In this document: positions 17,297 through 24,557 of the stretch, in pieces | How positions within the stretch are numbered: position 1 is the stretch's first letter | How the letters are laid out: each line of letters opens with the position of its first letter | Source: Methylorubrum extorquens | GTDB lineage: Bacteria > Pseudomonadota > Alphaproteobacteria > Rhizobiales > Beijerinckiaceae | Direction of reading: 5' to 3' | DNA: 32,000 bases | Assembly (NCBI GenBank): GCA_900234795.1 | Contig: LT962688.1 | Span: 2,610,001 to 2,642,000 of the forward strand | Program-made: the position numbers and the translations under genes | Notes under the pieces: model-generated | Database searches by the model: none | The model's input: the letters and a program-made list of their open reading frames with translations, nothing else | What the model was told of the DNA's origin: nothing

Positions 17297-18100
17297 TCAG
17301 GCGTTATGCGCCTCGCGACGGCGCGCGCTCTGCTGGAAGAACAAAGCCTGGCTGATGACGGCCGACACGTTGGCGGGCTGGAACGGCTTGGCGATGAGGA
17401 AGGCCGGCTCGGGGCGCTCGCCCGTGAGGAAGCGCTCGGGATAGGCCGTGATGAAGATCACCGGCACCTCGAAGGTCTTCAGCAGGTCGTTGACTGCATC
17501 CAGGCCCGACGAGCCGTCGGCGAGCTGAATGTCGGCGAGGATCAGGCCGGGGCGCTTGCTCTCGGAGGCGATCTTGACCGCCTCGGTGCGGGTGCGCGCC
17601 ACGCCGATGACATTGTGGCCGAGGCCTTCGACCAGGGCTTCCAGATCCATGGCGATCAGCGGCTCGTCCTCGATGATGAGGATTTCCGTGGCCATGTCGG
17701 CGGCGAGCTCGCGGCCCGCCTCGTCCACGAGATCGCGCACCTTGGACACGTCTACATCGAGGATCACGCCCGCATCCTCCTCCGAAAAGCCTTCGAGGCA
17801 CGAGAGCAGGAACGCCTGCCGGGGAAGCGGCGTGATCTGGCCGAGCCGGACTTCGGCCGGCAAATCGTGCTGCACCTGATCGCTGTGGCCGTTCACGGAC
17901 AGCGAATTCCAGATCCGCGTGAAGACGCGGAAGAGGTCGGCCTTGACGTTCGTGCTGCGGCCGAGGGTCTCGGGCTCGTTGACCAGCGTCTCGAGGGTGG
18001 CCGCGACATAGGCATCGCCCGCCACCTGACTGCCCGTGAGCGCGCGCGCATAACGGCGCAGATACGGAAGGTGCTGCACGACCAGTTGTGCTGTGGACAT
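17297..18100 (-). CDS. phyR: PhyR anti-anti-sigma factor/response regulator (ECF-sigma-like N-domain plus receiver domain)
   Basis: I take the start at ATG 18100 (MSTAQLVVQHLPYLRRYARALTGSQVAGDAYV), preceded by AGGGGAA. The N-terminus is sigma-like, and the C-terminal receiver contains ILIIEDEPLIAMDLE...LILADIQLADGSSG...ITAYPE. The track ORF running to 18238 is over-extended. Confidence 0.95.
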   Translation of the reverse strand: MSTAQLVVQHLPYLRRYARALTGSQVAGDAYVAATLETLVNEPETLGRSTNVKADLFRVFTRIWNSLSVNGHSDQVQHDLPAEVRLGQITPLPRQAFLLSCLEGFSEEDAGVILDVDVSKVRDLVDEAGRELAADMATEILIIEDEPLIAMDLEALVEGLGHNVIGVARTRTEAVKIASESKRPGLILADIQLADGSSGLDAVNDLLKTFEVPVIFITAYPERFLTGERPEPAFLIAKPFQPANVSAVISQALFFQQSARRREAHNA

Positions 18101-18145
18101 GAGTTCCCCTGAGCCTCTTCGCTCTTCGTTTGTCGCTGCGCCCCT

Positions 18146-18170
18146 AACGCGGGGGCTCAACGTCCGTTCC
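18146..18170 (-). promoter_or_regulatory. sigma-EcfG-type promoter of phyR (GGAAC-N16-CGTT)
   Basis: On the minus strand, GGAAC is at 18170-18166, a 16-nt spacer follows, and CGTT is at 18149-18146. It lies about 46 nt upstream of the phyR ATG. Confidence 0.8.
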
Positions 18171-18180
18171 TGGCCCATGC

Positions 18181-18205
18181 GGAACCCTAACCGCATGTCG
18201 GCGTT
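18181..18205 (+). promoter_or_regulatory. sigma-EcfG-type promoter of nepR (GGAAC-N16-CGTT)
   Basis: GGAAC is at 18181-18185, a 16-nt spacer follows, and CGTT is at 18202-18205. It is back-to-back with the phyR promoter, 10 nt apart. Confidence 0.8.
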
Positions 18206-18279
18206 GCTGCTGCAGCCATGACTCATGTCAAGCTGCAAGACAATCGCGGCAGATGTGGCGCCAAGGGGATCTTGAACGC

Positions 18280-18501
18280 ATGAATGAGAACGAGCCGGCC
18301 GGCGCGTTCCCTTCCGGGGACCGGCCCACTCGAGGGCGTGGCGACAATGGTTTGAATGACCAGACGCAGAGGCGCATCGGAAGCCATCTGCGCACCCTCT
18401 ACGATTCCGTCGTGCAGCAGCCGATTCCGGATCGCTTTCGCGATCTCATCGCACGGCTTGAGGACGAACCCGCCAATCCGGACGATCCGGCGAGCGCCTG
18501 A
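18280..18501 (+). CDS. nepR: NepR anti-sigma factor
   Basis: 73-aa protein with the NepR signature IGSHLRTLYDSVVQQPIPDRFRDLIARL. ATG 18280 is preceded by AAGGGGA. The in-frame ATG at 18253 lacks an SD. Confidence 0.85.
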   Translation: MNENEPAGAFPSGDRPTRGRGDNGLNDQTQRRIGSHLRTLYDSVVQQPIPDRFRDLIARLEDEPANPDDPASA

Positions 18502-18529
18502 TCGGTCATCTTTCTTTTCGTCAGTGGTG

Positions 18530-18563
18530 CGAGCCGCTCCCGCTGCCGGGTGCGGCTCGTTTG
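18530..18563 (+). terminator. Hairpin shared by convergent nepR and the DUF1328 gene
   Basis: The stem is CGAGCCGC-T-CCCG, loop CTGC, CGGG-T-GCGGCTCG, followed by TTTG on the plus strand. It lies 29 nt after the nepR stop and 21 nt after the DUF1328 stop. Confidence 0.6.
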
Positions 18564-18579
18564 TCGTGGTCGCGAACGG

Positions 18580-18756
18580 CTACAAGGTCGGCGAACGACC
18601 GCGCATCAGGCCGATCACGGCCGAGATCGCGAACAGGACGATCGCAACGAAGAAGACGAGCTTTGCGGCCTCCATGGCCGTACCGGCGATGCCGCCGAAG
18701 CCCAGCAGGGCCGCGACGAGGGCAACCACCAGGAACGTAACAGCCCAACCGAGCAT
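18580..18756 (-). CDS. DUF1328 (YtjA/UPF0391-like) small membrane protein, 58 aa
   Basis: This gene is not in the ORF track because it is under 60 aa. My translation is [58 protein letters not shown]. The SD is GGAAGGAAG, and a perfect EcfG promoter lies upstream. Confidence 0.85.
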   Translation of the reverse strand: MLGWAVTFLVVALVAALLGFGGIAGTAMEAAKLVFFVAIVLFAISAVIGLMRGRSPTL

Positions 18757-18813
18757 GTCGAACTTCCTTCCAAAGAACTGGCGCGGCCCGTGCCGCGGCC
18801 TCTTGGAAGCAAT

Positions 18814-18839
18814 AACGCCAAGTTTTCGCCGCAGGTTCC
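18814..18839 (-). promoter_or_regulatory. sigma-EcfG-type promoter of the DUF1328 gene (GGAAC-N17-CGTT)
   Basis: On the minus strand, GGAAC is at 18839-18835, a 17-nt spacer follows, and CGTT is at 18817-18814. Confidence 0.75.
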
Positions 18840-18901
18840 TTTTGCGTTTCCAAGGCTGTGAACACTTTTTTACCGGCTGCCTGCGACCGTGCTACGCCCC
18901 T

Positions 18902-18927
18902 GGAACCGACTGGCAAATTCGGCAGTT
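18902..18927 (+). promoter_or_regulatory. Near-consensus sigma-EcfG-type promoter (GGAAC-N17-AGTT)
   Basis: GGAAC is at 18902-18906, a 17-nt spacer follows, and AGTT is at 18924-18927. It is divergent from the DUF1328 promoter and about 68 nt upstream of the 48-aa ORF. Confidence 0.4.
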
Positions 18928-18994
18928 CGTCACCATCTCACCCCTAGACGATCAGACGACAATCAGACTTGATGATGTGAAGGAGGCCCCCAGC

Positions 18995-19141
18995 GTGCCC
19001 GCACAGAAAAAGACCCTCGTCCCCGGTATCGCTCAAGCGAAAGCCGTTCTGGAGGCCGCTGCACGGCTCGTTTCGGCGCTCTCACCGCAGCCGGTTCTCC
19101 AGCCCATTCCCGTTCGCTTGAAGTCTGTTCACCGCCGCTGA
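18995..19141 (+). CDS. Hypothetical 48-aa protein (GTG start)
   Basis: A strong SD, AAGGAGG (18980-18986), lies 8 nt before GTG 18995. The product is (M)PAQKKTLVPGIAQAKAVLEAAARLVSALSPQPVLQPIPVRLKSVHRR. GC3 is about 66%, below the genome norm. A terminator-like hairpin plus T6 follows. Confidence 0.4.
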   Translation: MPAQKKTLVPGIAQAKAVLEAAARLVSALSPQPVLQPIPVRLKSVHRR

Positions 19142-19184
19142 ACGGCAGGTTTTCATCGACCTGAATGCTGTCGATCCAGGTGCC

Positions 19185-19207
19185 GTCCCACCGGGCGGCG
19201 CTTTTTT
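19185..19207 (+). terminator. Weak intrinsic terminator after the 48-aa ORF
   Basis: CCGTCC, loop CACC, GGGCGG: a 6-bp stem including one G-U pair, then CGC and TTTTTT (19202-19207). Confidence 0.45.
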
Positions 19208-19455
19208 CATGCCAATAGGCTGTCCACAGATGCGGTGCCGGCCGATGGGCGGCGTTGTTCGCTATACGGATCCAAAGAGGGTGTCGCCGCAAGGCTTTGC
19301 AGTCTGGCGGATTTTCAGCTGGCGGATGCAGCCGTTCCTGCGTGGTTTGCCGACATTGTCCTCCCCGCAAACGGCCGACTAGCTGGATCTCGGGCGAAAC
19401 GCCCGGCCGGTCTCGTCTTCGTGGCGAACGCGCCAGATCGACGGGGGCGGCAACG

Positions 19456-20487
19456 ATGGGGTTCGGCAAGCGTGCGCCCGGCGCATGGGCGGGTAAGAGC
19501 AGTGCCGGCACAGCACGAGCGCGGCCGCGCCGGAGTCTCATCGCCACTGCGCTGGTAGGCCTGGTGATCGGCTTTGGGACGATCAGCGCGACGACGATGG
19601 TGCGTGCCTCGGAGCGCGGCCTGCTCGACGGGCTGTTCGAGACGATCTTTGGAGCAGCGAGCGCCGGGCCGGCGACGACCGCAAAACCGGCGCCGAAGGC
19701 ACCCCGGCGCTACGCATCGCTCCCCGATCCACAGCGCATCGCCGGACATCGCTTCGTGCAGCGGACGCCGCGCCTGGATGCGCGTTCGACGCCCATTCGC
19801 ACCCGAGCGAGGGCAGCCTCTCCGGCCTCCTTCGCGGCGGGGACGCGGACCGTCTGCATGCGCCGTTGCGACGGCTACGTCTTCCCCCTCGGCCGCCTGC
19901 ATGCGCGGGCCGACCTCCCCGTTCACGCGGCGGCCTGCGCCGCAGCCTGTCCCAATGCACCGACCGAGTTGCTCACCCTTGCACCGAGGCAGGCCGAACT
20001 CGAGCGGTCCGTCGCCCTCAATGGCCGACCCTATCTGCGTGTCGCCACGGCCAACCTCTATCGCCGCATCCGCGTCGAGAACTGCTCCTGTCAGCCGCCG
20101 GGCGCCGCGGCGCTGTTGATGCCGTTGGCCGAGGACCGAACGCTGCGCCCCGGCGACGTCGTCGCGTCGGAGGAGGGAGCGGATCTCGTCGCGGGCCTCT
20201 CCCGCGTAGGGCCGGCACTCGTCGATTACCGCGTCGCCACCTTGAGCCGGCAGTATCGCAACGCCATCGAGGATCGCGTCGGTGCCCTGCGCCGCGATGC
20301 GGCGAAAGCAGCGTTCCGTGAGGCCTTAGACGCGAAGGGGAACGGCTCGCGGCGCCTACGGGTCGCCGAAGCGCAAATCCCAACGCTTTCGGCTGACGGG
20401 GCTTCCGCTGGTTTCGCGCCGGTCGTTTCGCGTGGCGAAGGGTTCATGGCGGTCCGCGTGGTGTCACCGTCGCCGTTCGGGCATTGA
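19456..20487 (+). CDS. DUF2865-domain protein
   Basis: I take the start at ATG 19456 (MGFGKRAPG...SLIATALVGLVIGFGTISA anchor). The central motif TVCMRRCDGYVFPLG...CAAACPNAPTELL...NGRPY...ANLYRR...NCSC matches my memory of the DUF2865 Cys pattern. Confidence 0.7.
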   Translation: MGFGKRAPGAWAGKSSAGTARARPRRSLIATALVGLVIGFGTISATTMVRASERGLLDGLFETIFGAASAGPATTAKPAPKAPRRYASLPDPQRIAGHRFVQRTPRLDARSTPIRTRARAASPASFAAGTRTVCMRRCDGYVFPLGRLHARADLPVHAAACAAACPNAPTELLTLAPRQAELERSVALNGRPYLRVATANLYRRIRVENCSCQPPGAAALLMPLAEDRTLRPGDVVASEEGADLVAGLSRVGPALVDYRVATLSRQYRNAIEDRVGALRRDAAKAAFREALDAKGNGSRRLRVAEAQIPTLSADGASAGFAPVVSRGEGFMAVRVVSPSPFGH

Positions 20488-20566
20488 TCGCCGGGCTCGA
20501 CGAGTTGGCGAAAGCGCCGGGCTGTCGTAGGCGGGCGGCATCCTCGTCGTATCGAAGCCGTCGTCT

Positions 20567-21499
20567 ATGAGTGAATCGTCCGCGGACGCGCAGGCCCCCT
20601 TCCCCGGTTTCGAGAGCACGTTGCCCGTTTCGGGACGGACGGAGGCTTTGAGCCCCCTCGTGCGGCGGCGAATCTGCCCCAATGGCGGTCCGTTCACTGC
20701 GAGCGGAACCTGCAGCTACATCGTTGGGCGCGGCCGTGTTGCCGTGATCGATCCGGGGCCGGCGGATGCCGGGCATGTCGAGGGCTTGCTCGCCTCGCTC
20801 GACGGCGAGGAAGTGGCGGCGATCGTCGTCACGCATACCCACCGCGACCATTCTCCGGGTGCGCGTCTGCTACAGGCGCGGACCGGCGCGCCGATCGTCG
20901 GCTGCGGCCCGCACCGGGCTGCACGGCAGCTGGCCGAGAACGAGCTCCCCATCCTCGATGCCAGCGCCGACCGCGAGCATCGGCCCGACCGGGAACTGGC
21001 GGATGGGGAGAGCCTGACTGGCGAGGGCTGGACGCTGACCGCCGTCGCGACGCCCGGCCACACCATGAATCACCTCGCCTTCGCCCTGCCCGAGGAGAAC
21101 GTGCTGTTCTCCGGCGATCACGTCATGGCGTGGTCGACCTCGATCGTCGCGCCGCCCGACGGGTCGATGCGGGCCTACATGGAATCGCTGGAGCGGCTGC
21201 GGGAGCGGGACGAGACGCTGTACTGGCCGGGCCATGGCGGACCCGTGCGCGATCCGCGCCGTTTCGTGCGTGGCCTCGCCGCCCACCGCCGCCAGCGCGA
21301 GGCAGCGATCCGTGCCCGGCTGGCCGCGGGCGATCACGACATCGCAACCATCGTCGGCACCGTCTACCAGGGGCTCGCACCGCACCTGCGGGGTGCCGCC
21401 GCCCTCTCGGTCTTCGCCCATCTCGAGGATCTGGTGGAGCGGGGCTTCGCGGTCACCGACGGCCCGCCCCTGCTCGACGGAACGTTCCGCCCCGCCTGA
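20567..21499 (+). CDS. MBL-fold metallo-hydrolase
   Basis: 310-aa ORF with the HxHxDH motif (VTHTHRDHSPGA) and, further on, ATPGHTMNH and GDHVM. Confidence 0.85.
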   Translation: MSESSADAQAPFPGFESTLPVSGRTEALSPLVRRRICPNGGPFTASGTCSYIVGRGRVAVIDPGPADAGHVEGLLASLDGEEVAAIVVTHTHRDHSPGARLLQARTGAPIVGCGPHRAARQLAENELPILDASADREHRPDRELADGESLTGEGWTLTAVATPGHTMNHLAFALPEENVLFSGDHVMAWSTSIVAPPDGSMRAYMESLERLRERDETLYWPGHGGPVRDPRRFVRGLAAHRRQREAAIRARLAAGDHDIATIVGTVYQGLAPHLRGAAALSVFAHLEDLVERGFAVTDGPPLLDGTFRPA

Positions 21500-21518
21500 G
21501 CTCTGGTCCTTCGGAGCA

Positions 21519-22298
21519 CTATTTCAGGGCGATGGCGAGGTTGGCGACTTCATCGAGATAGGAGCGGATGCGGTCGGCATTGTCGCCGAAATCGCGATCG
21601 CCGATCCGGGAGGCCGAACGCACGTCGATGCGCGCGCCGTCGGCCCGCGGATGCACCCGCACGGTGATGTCGGCGGGCAGGTTCAGAATCCGGGTGCGAG
21701 CCACCGCCTCGATGCGGCCGTTGCCGATCCGCCCGCCGGGCCGGATCGCCTCGACGATCTGCCACTTGCGGTTCACCGCCGCCTTGCGGGCCAGCTCGAA
21801 GGCTTCGTCGGCCTCCACGTCGAGGGTGAGGGGCGCGATCTGCGGATAGGCCGCCCGCTGTGCCTCTCGGGCCGCCGGGCCGGGTTCGGTCGGGTAGCGG
21901 CCCTCGCGGGCGGCGAAGGCAAGGCGCGAGCGTGAGAAGGCGGGCGGGCGCTCGGTATCCGTCGTCACATCGGTGAGCGCCGGCAGGCGCACGCCTTTGA
22001 GCGCGGCATAGGCCGGATAGGCCAGGACGAGGCTCGCCACGAACAGGCCGCCGACGGCGGCGCCGAGCCCGCCCGCGCCTTCCCGCCAGACCCGTGCCAT
22101 CGCGAAAAGCGCGAGCGCCACCGCGATGACGGAGAGCGCGACCCCGCTTCCCAGCACGGCAAGGGCCGCTGACGGCTCTGCCGAAGGGCTGCGCACGATC
22201 AGCACCGCCATGCCGGTCACGATCAAGGAAAACAGCGCGAGCGTTCGCGCGTAGCGGCCGGCCCGGGTCACCGGTTCATCGAGAAGCTGACGGCGCAT
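21519..22298 (-). CDS. DUF1499-domain membrane protein
   Basis: 259-aa ORF with three or four N-terminal TM segments and a C-terminal region (LNLPADITVRVHPRADGARIDVRSASRIGDRDFGDNADRIRSYL) that resembles DUF1499. Confidence 0.7.
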   Translation of the reverse strand: MRRQLLDEPVTRAGRYARTLALFSLIVTGMAVLIVRSPSAEPSAALAVLGSGVALSVIAVALALFAMARVWREGAGGLGAAVGGLFVASLVLAYPAYAALKGVRLPALTDVTTDTERPPAFSRSRLAFAAREGRYPTEPGPAAREAQRAAYPQIAPLTLDVEADEAFELARKAAVNRKWQIVEAIRPGGRIGNGRIEAVARTRILNLPADITVRVHPRADGARIDVRSASRIGDRDFGDNADRIRSYLDEVANLAIALK

Positions 22299-22422
22299 GG
22301 CCCCGGAGACGAATGAGTTGGAGAAGAAGACGAGGATAACCTGTCCGGCAGTCTACAGGCTGGGGGTGGGGCGCGCCACTCGGCTGTCGGGGGTGCATCC
22401 CTCTGCTACAAGCTGGACGGAC

Positions 22423-22896
22423 ATGTCCGAGCGTCAAGACAGCCCCGCATCGAACGCCGAACCCGTCGATCCGCTCCGGGTCTGGTTTCGCTTCATCCGT
22501 CTCAGCCGGCGGGTCACCGCCGCGGTCGCCACGGAGTTGCGGGAGCTCGGCCTGTCGATCCCGCAATTCGACGTGTTGTCGACCTTGAGCGAGCGGGAGG
22601 GGCTGACGCAGCAGGAGCTGGCCGCCCGGCTCTACGTCACGAAGGGCAACGTCTCTGGCCTTATCGATCGTCTTGTGGAGGCCGGTCTCGTCGAGCGCCG
22701 CCCGATCCCCGGTGATCGCCGATCCCATGCCCTTCACCTCACCGAGGCCGGCGCTGAGGTTGCTGACCGCGGGATCGCGGCGCAGGCTGACTATGTCGCA
22801 CGCACCCTGGGCCAGCTCGACGAAACCGATCTTCGCGCGTTTGAGGATCTCGTCGTCAAATGGCGTGAATTGGCACGCGCAGACGCAGCGTCTTGA
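22423..22896 (+). CDS. MarR-family transcriptional regulator
   Basis: The winged-HTH region is LSIPQFDVLSTLSEREGLTQQELAARLYVTKGNVSGLIDRLVEAGLVERRPIPGDRRSHALHLT. I prefer the start at ATG 22423, because the 22297 start would overlap the divergent DUF1499 start. Confidence 0.85.
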   Translation: MSERQDSPASNAEPVDPLRVWFRFIRLSRRVTAAVATELRELGLSIPQFDVLSTLSEREGLTQQELAARLYVTKGNVSGLIDRLVEAGLVERRPIPGDRRSHALHLTEAGAEVADRGIAAQADYVARTLGQLDETDLRAFEDLVVKWRELARADAAS

Positions 22897-22912
22897 AAGT
22901 CCGCAACCGCTC

Positions 22913-22938
22913 AAAAAAACAGACGCCCTCAGCGCCTG
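22913..22938 (-). terminator. Rho-independent terminator of the KGG gene
   Basis: The minus-strand RNA reads CAGGCGC, loop UGAGG, GCGUCUG (7-bp stem with one G-U pair), followed by UUUUUUU (plus-strand A7 at 22913-22919). Confidence 0.65.
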
Positions 22939-23018
22939 TCGAATAGAAATATAGTTCTTGTTCTGAGAAGGCTGGGCGGTCGGACGCGGACCCCGCGCCC
23001 GTCACCGCCTCAGCCGGG

Positions 23019-23207
23019 TTAAGCCTCGCCGGTGCGACCGGTCGATTGACCACCCTTGCGACCGGCCGAAGAGGCCAGTTCACGATCTTGCGAGAACGAC
23101 CGCTTGTCCGCCGGGACGGAACGACCGCCCTTACTGGCGATCTCGCGCTGCCGTTCGATATTCATGGAAGCGAAACCTCGCTTCGAGGTGGAATTACCAG
23201 ATGCCAT
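23019..23207 (-). CDS. KGG-repeat general stress protein (YciG-like)
   Basis: 62-aa product MASGNSTSKRGFASMNIERQREIASKGGRSVPADKRSFSQDRELASSAGRKGGQS with two KGG-type repeats. The SD GAGGAGG lies upstream. Confidence 0.85.
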   Translation of the reverse strand: MASGNSTSKRGFASMNIERQREIASKGGRSVPADKRSFSQDRELASSAGRKGGQSTGRTGEA

Positions 23208-23243
23208 CAGCGCCTCCTCAGGCTAACTCTTCACACCCCTCTC

Positions 23244-23268
23244 AACCATCATCCCACTCGATTGTTCC
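23244..23268 (-). promoter_or_regulatory. Near-consensus sigma-EcfG-type promoter of the KGG gene (GGAAC-N16-GGTT)
   Basis: On the minus strand, GGAAC is at 23268-23264, a 16-nt spacer follows, and GGTT is at 23247-23244. The -10 element is about 37 nt upstream of the ATG. Confidence 0.5.
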
Positions 23269-23295
23269 TTGGCTGTATCGACGGCCGGGTCCGGG

Positions 23296-23320
23296 GAAAC
23301 CCCTGTTTCGTCCAGACGTT
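23296..23320 (+). promoter_or_regulatory. Near-consensus sigma-EcfG-type promoter (GAAAC-N16-CGTT)
   Basis: GAAAC is at 23296-23300, a 16-nt spacer follows, and CGTT is at 23317-23320. It is divergent from the KGG promoter and points toward 23398-23628. Confidence 0.35.
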
Positions 23321-23397
23321 AGCTGGGCTCACGCCAGCAGCTCGCGCCGACTTGCGAGCGCGTTTCCACAGGCCATCCACAGCCGAGAAGAACCCGG

Positions 23398-23628
23398 ATG
23401 ACGAACCGATATATGGTAAAGCCTTCACTTGCAGCCAAGTCTGCTGCGGCTTCGGGAAGCAAGGGCGACCCTCAGCCGAACAGAACGCCGATGCCGGCCA
23501 TGCCGGCGCCAGAGGACAGTCCGACACCGACGACGCATGAGGAGCCCGTGGATTCGCCGCAGCCCAATGCGAGCGTGAAGCGGGATGCGCCAGGGCCCGG
23601 TGAGATCGGTCTTTCCACGAAACGCTGA
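23398..23628 (+). CDS. Possible 76-aa hydrophilic Pro/Ser/Asp/Glu-rich protein (uncertain)
   Basis: The ORF lies downstream of the GAAAC-N16-CGTT motif. Its SD is weak and GC3 is about 67%. An overlapping antisense frame (23472-23618) shares the same third positions, so codon statistics cannot discriminate between them. Confidence 0.25.
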   Translation: MTNRYMVKPSLAAKSAAASGSKGDPQPNRTPMPAMPAPEDSPTPTTHEEPVDSPQPNASVKRDAPGPGEIGLSTKR

Positions 23629-23801
23629 TCGGTGCCTGCGGCATTATGATGCCGGTCGCAACGGCGATGACGAGGTCGTGTCAGATCTCGTTTTCAGGGA
23701 CTTCAGAAGGGCAAGCAGATCGCGACTTTGACACGGTTCGCAGGTGCGTCTACCCGCGGCCCTTTCCGCCTGCCGCCCAGGGGGCGCATCGGAGTGAGTC
23801 C

Positions 23802-24251
23802 ATGACCCTCGACACCGAGGTGATGTCCCTACGGCAGGTGCCGTTGTTCCGCGAAGTGGAGACGTCCCGCCTCAAGCTCCTCGCTTTCACCAGCGAGCGG
23901 GTCCATTTCGAGGCAGGGCAGGCCTTCTTCGCGCGCGGTGAGGCGGCGGACGCGGCCTATCTCATCCTCGAAGGGTCGGCGGCGGTGTCGATCGACGGCC
24001 CGTTCGGCCCGGTCCGTCTCGCCCTGCTCGGCCCCAACGCTCTCGTCGGCGAGATGGGGATTCTGGCCGATCAGCCGCGCTCGGCGACCGTCACCGCGGA
24101 TATGGCGACGACGGCTTTGCGGATCGACCGCGACGTGTTCATCGAATTGCTCGCGCAATTTCCGCAGATCAGCATCGCCGTCATGCGCGAACTCGCCCTG
24201 CGTCTGGAGCAGACCAATCAGCGGCTGGCCGAGCGCGTCGGCAACGCCTGA
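23802..24251 (+). CDS. Cyclic-nucleotide-binding domain protein (no DNA-binding domain)
   Basis: ATG 23802 is preceded by GGAGTGAG. The cNMP-binding fold is indicated by LRQVPLFREVETSRLKLLAF...FFARGEAADAAYLILEGS...ALVGEMGILADQPRSATVTA. At 149 aa it is too short to include a Crp-type HTH. Confidence 0.8.
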   Translation: MTLDTEVMSLRQVPLFREVETSRLKLLAFTSERVHFEAGQAFFARGEAADAAYLILEGSAAVSIDGPFGPVRLALLGPNALVGEMGILADQPRSATVTADMATTALRIDRDVFIELLAQFPQISIAVMRELALRLEQTNQRLAERVGNA

Positions 24252-24296
24252 GGCCATCGAAGAGGTGAGCTTGTCGAGACTGAGCGGCGTGGACGC

Positions 24297-24557
24297 TCAG
24301 CGATACTTCCAGCCCCATTGGCCGTAGATCGGATAACCCCGTCGGCGCGCCTCGTATTCAGCGCCCGGATCGTTCGGACGATACCCGTTTCGATAGGCGT
24401 AGGGGCTCGGCTCGATGTAGTCGGGATTCTGCAGTTCCTGCCGCAGGTAGCCGTCGCCCTCGCCCGATGACCCGCCGCCGGGGCCGAAGGCGAAGGCCGG
24501 ACCGGCCGAGAGGATCGACGCGGACAGGGCCAGCGTCGTGATCGTCAGGCGTCGCAT
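24297..24557 (-). CDS. Small secreted Gly/Tyr/Pro/Arg-rich protein (86 aa)
   Basis: ATG 24557 is preceded by GGAGCGAG. The signal peptide is MRRLTITTLALSASILSAGPAFA. The mature part is GPGGGSSGEGDGYLRQELQNPDYIEPSPYAYRNGYRPNDPGAEYEARRRGYPIYGQWGWKYR. Confidence 0.55.
   Translation of the reverse strand: MRRLTITTLALSASILSAGPAFAFGPGGGSSGEGDGYLRQELQNPDYIEPSPYAYRNGYRPNDPGAEYEARRRGYPIYGQWGWKYR

Noticed and set aside
18253-18279. Upstream in-frame ATG for nepR, and similar N-terminal extensions of scoA (to 5457), the dacC-like gene (to 9036), phyR (to 18238) and the marR-family gene (to 22297)
   Set aside because: The extensions lack an SD, have atypical composition, and overlap promoters or divergent genes. 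The internal starts have good SDs and match the expected family N-termini.
23472-23618. Antisense 48-aa glycine-zipper-like ORF (GTG start)
   Set aside because: It has no SD, no ATG, no promoter motif on that strand, and a poor signal-peptide core. I keep it only as an alternative in the 23.0-23.6 kb finding.
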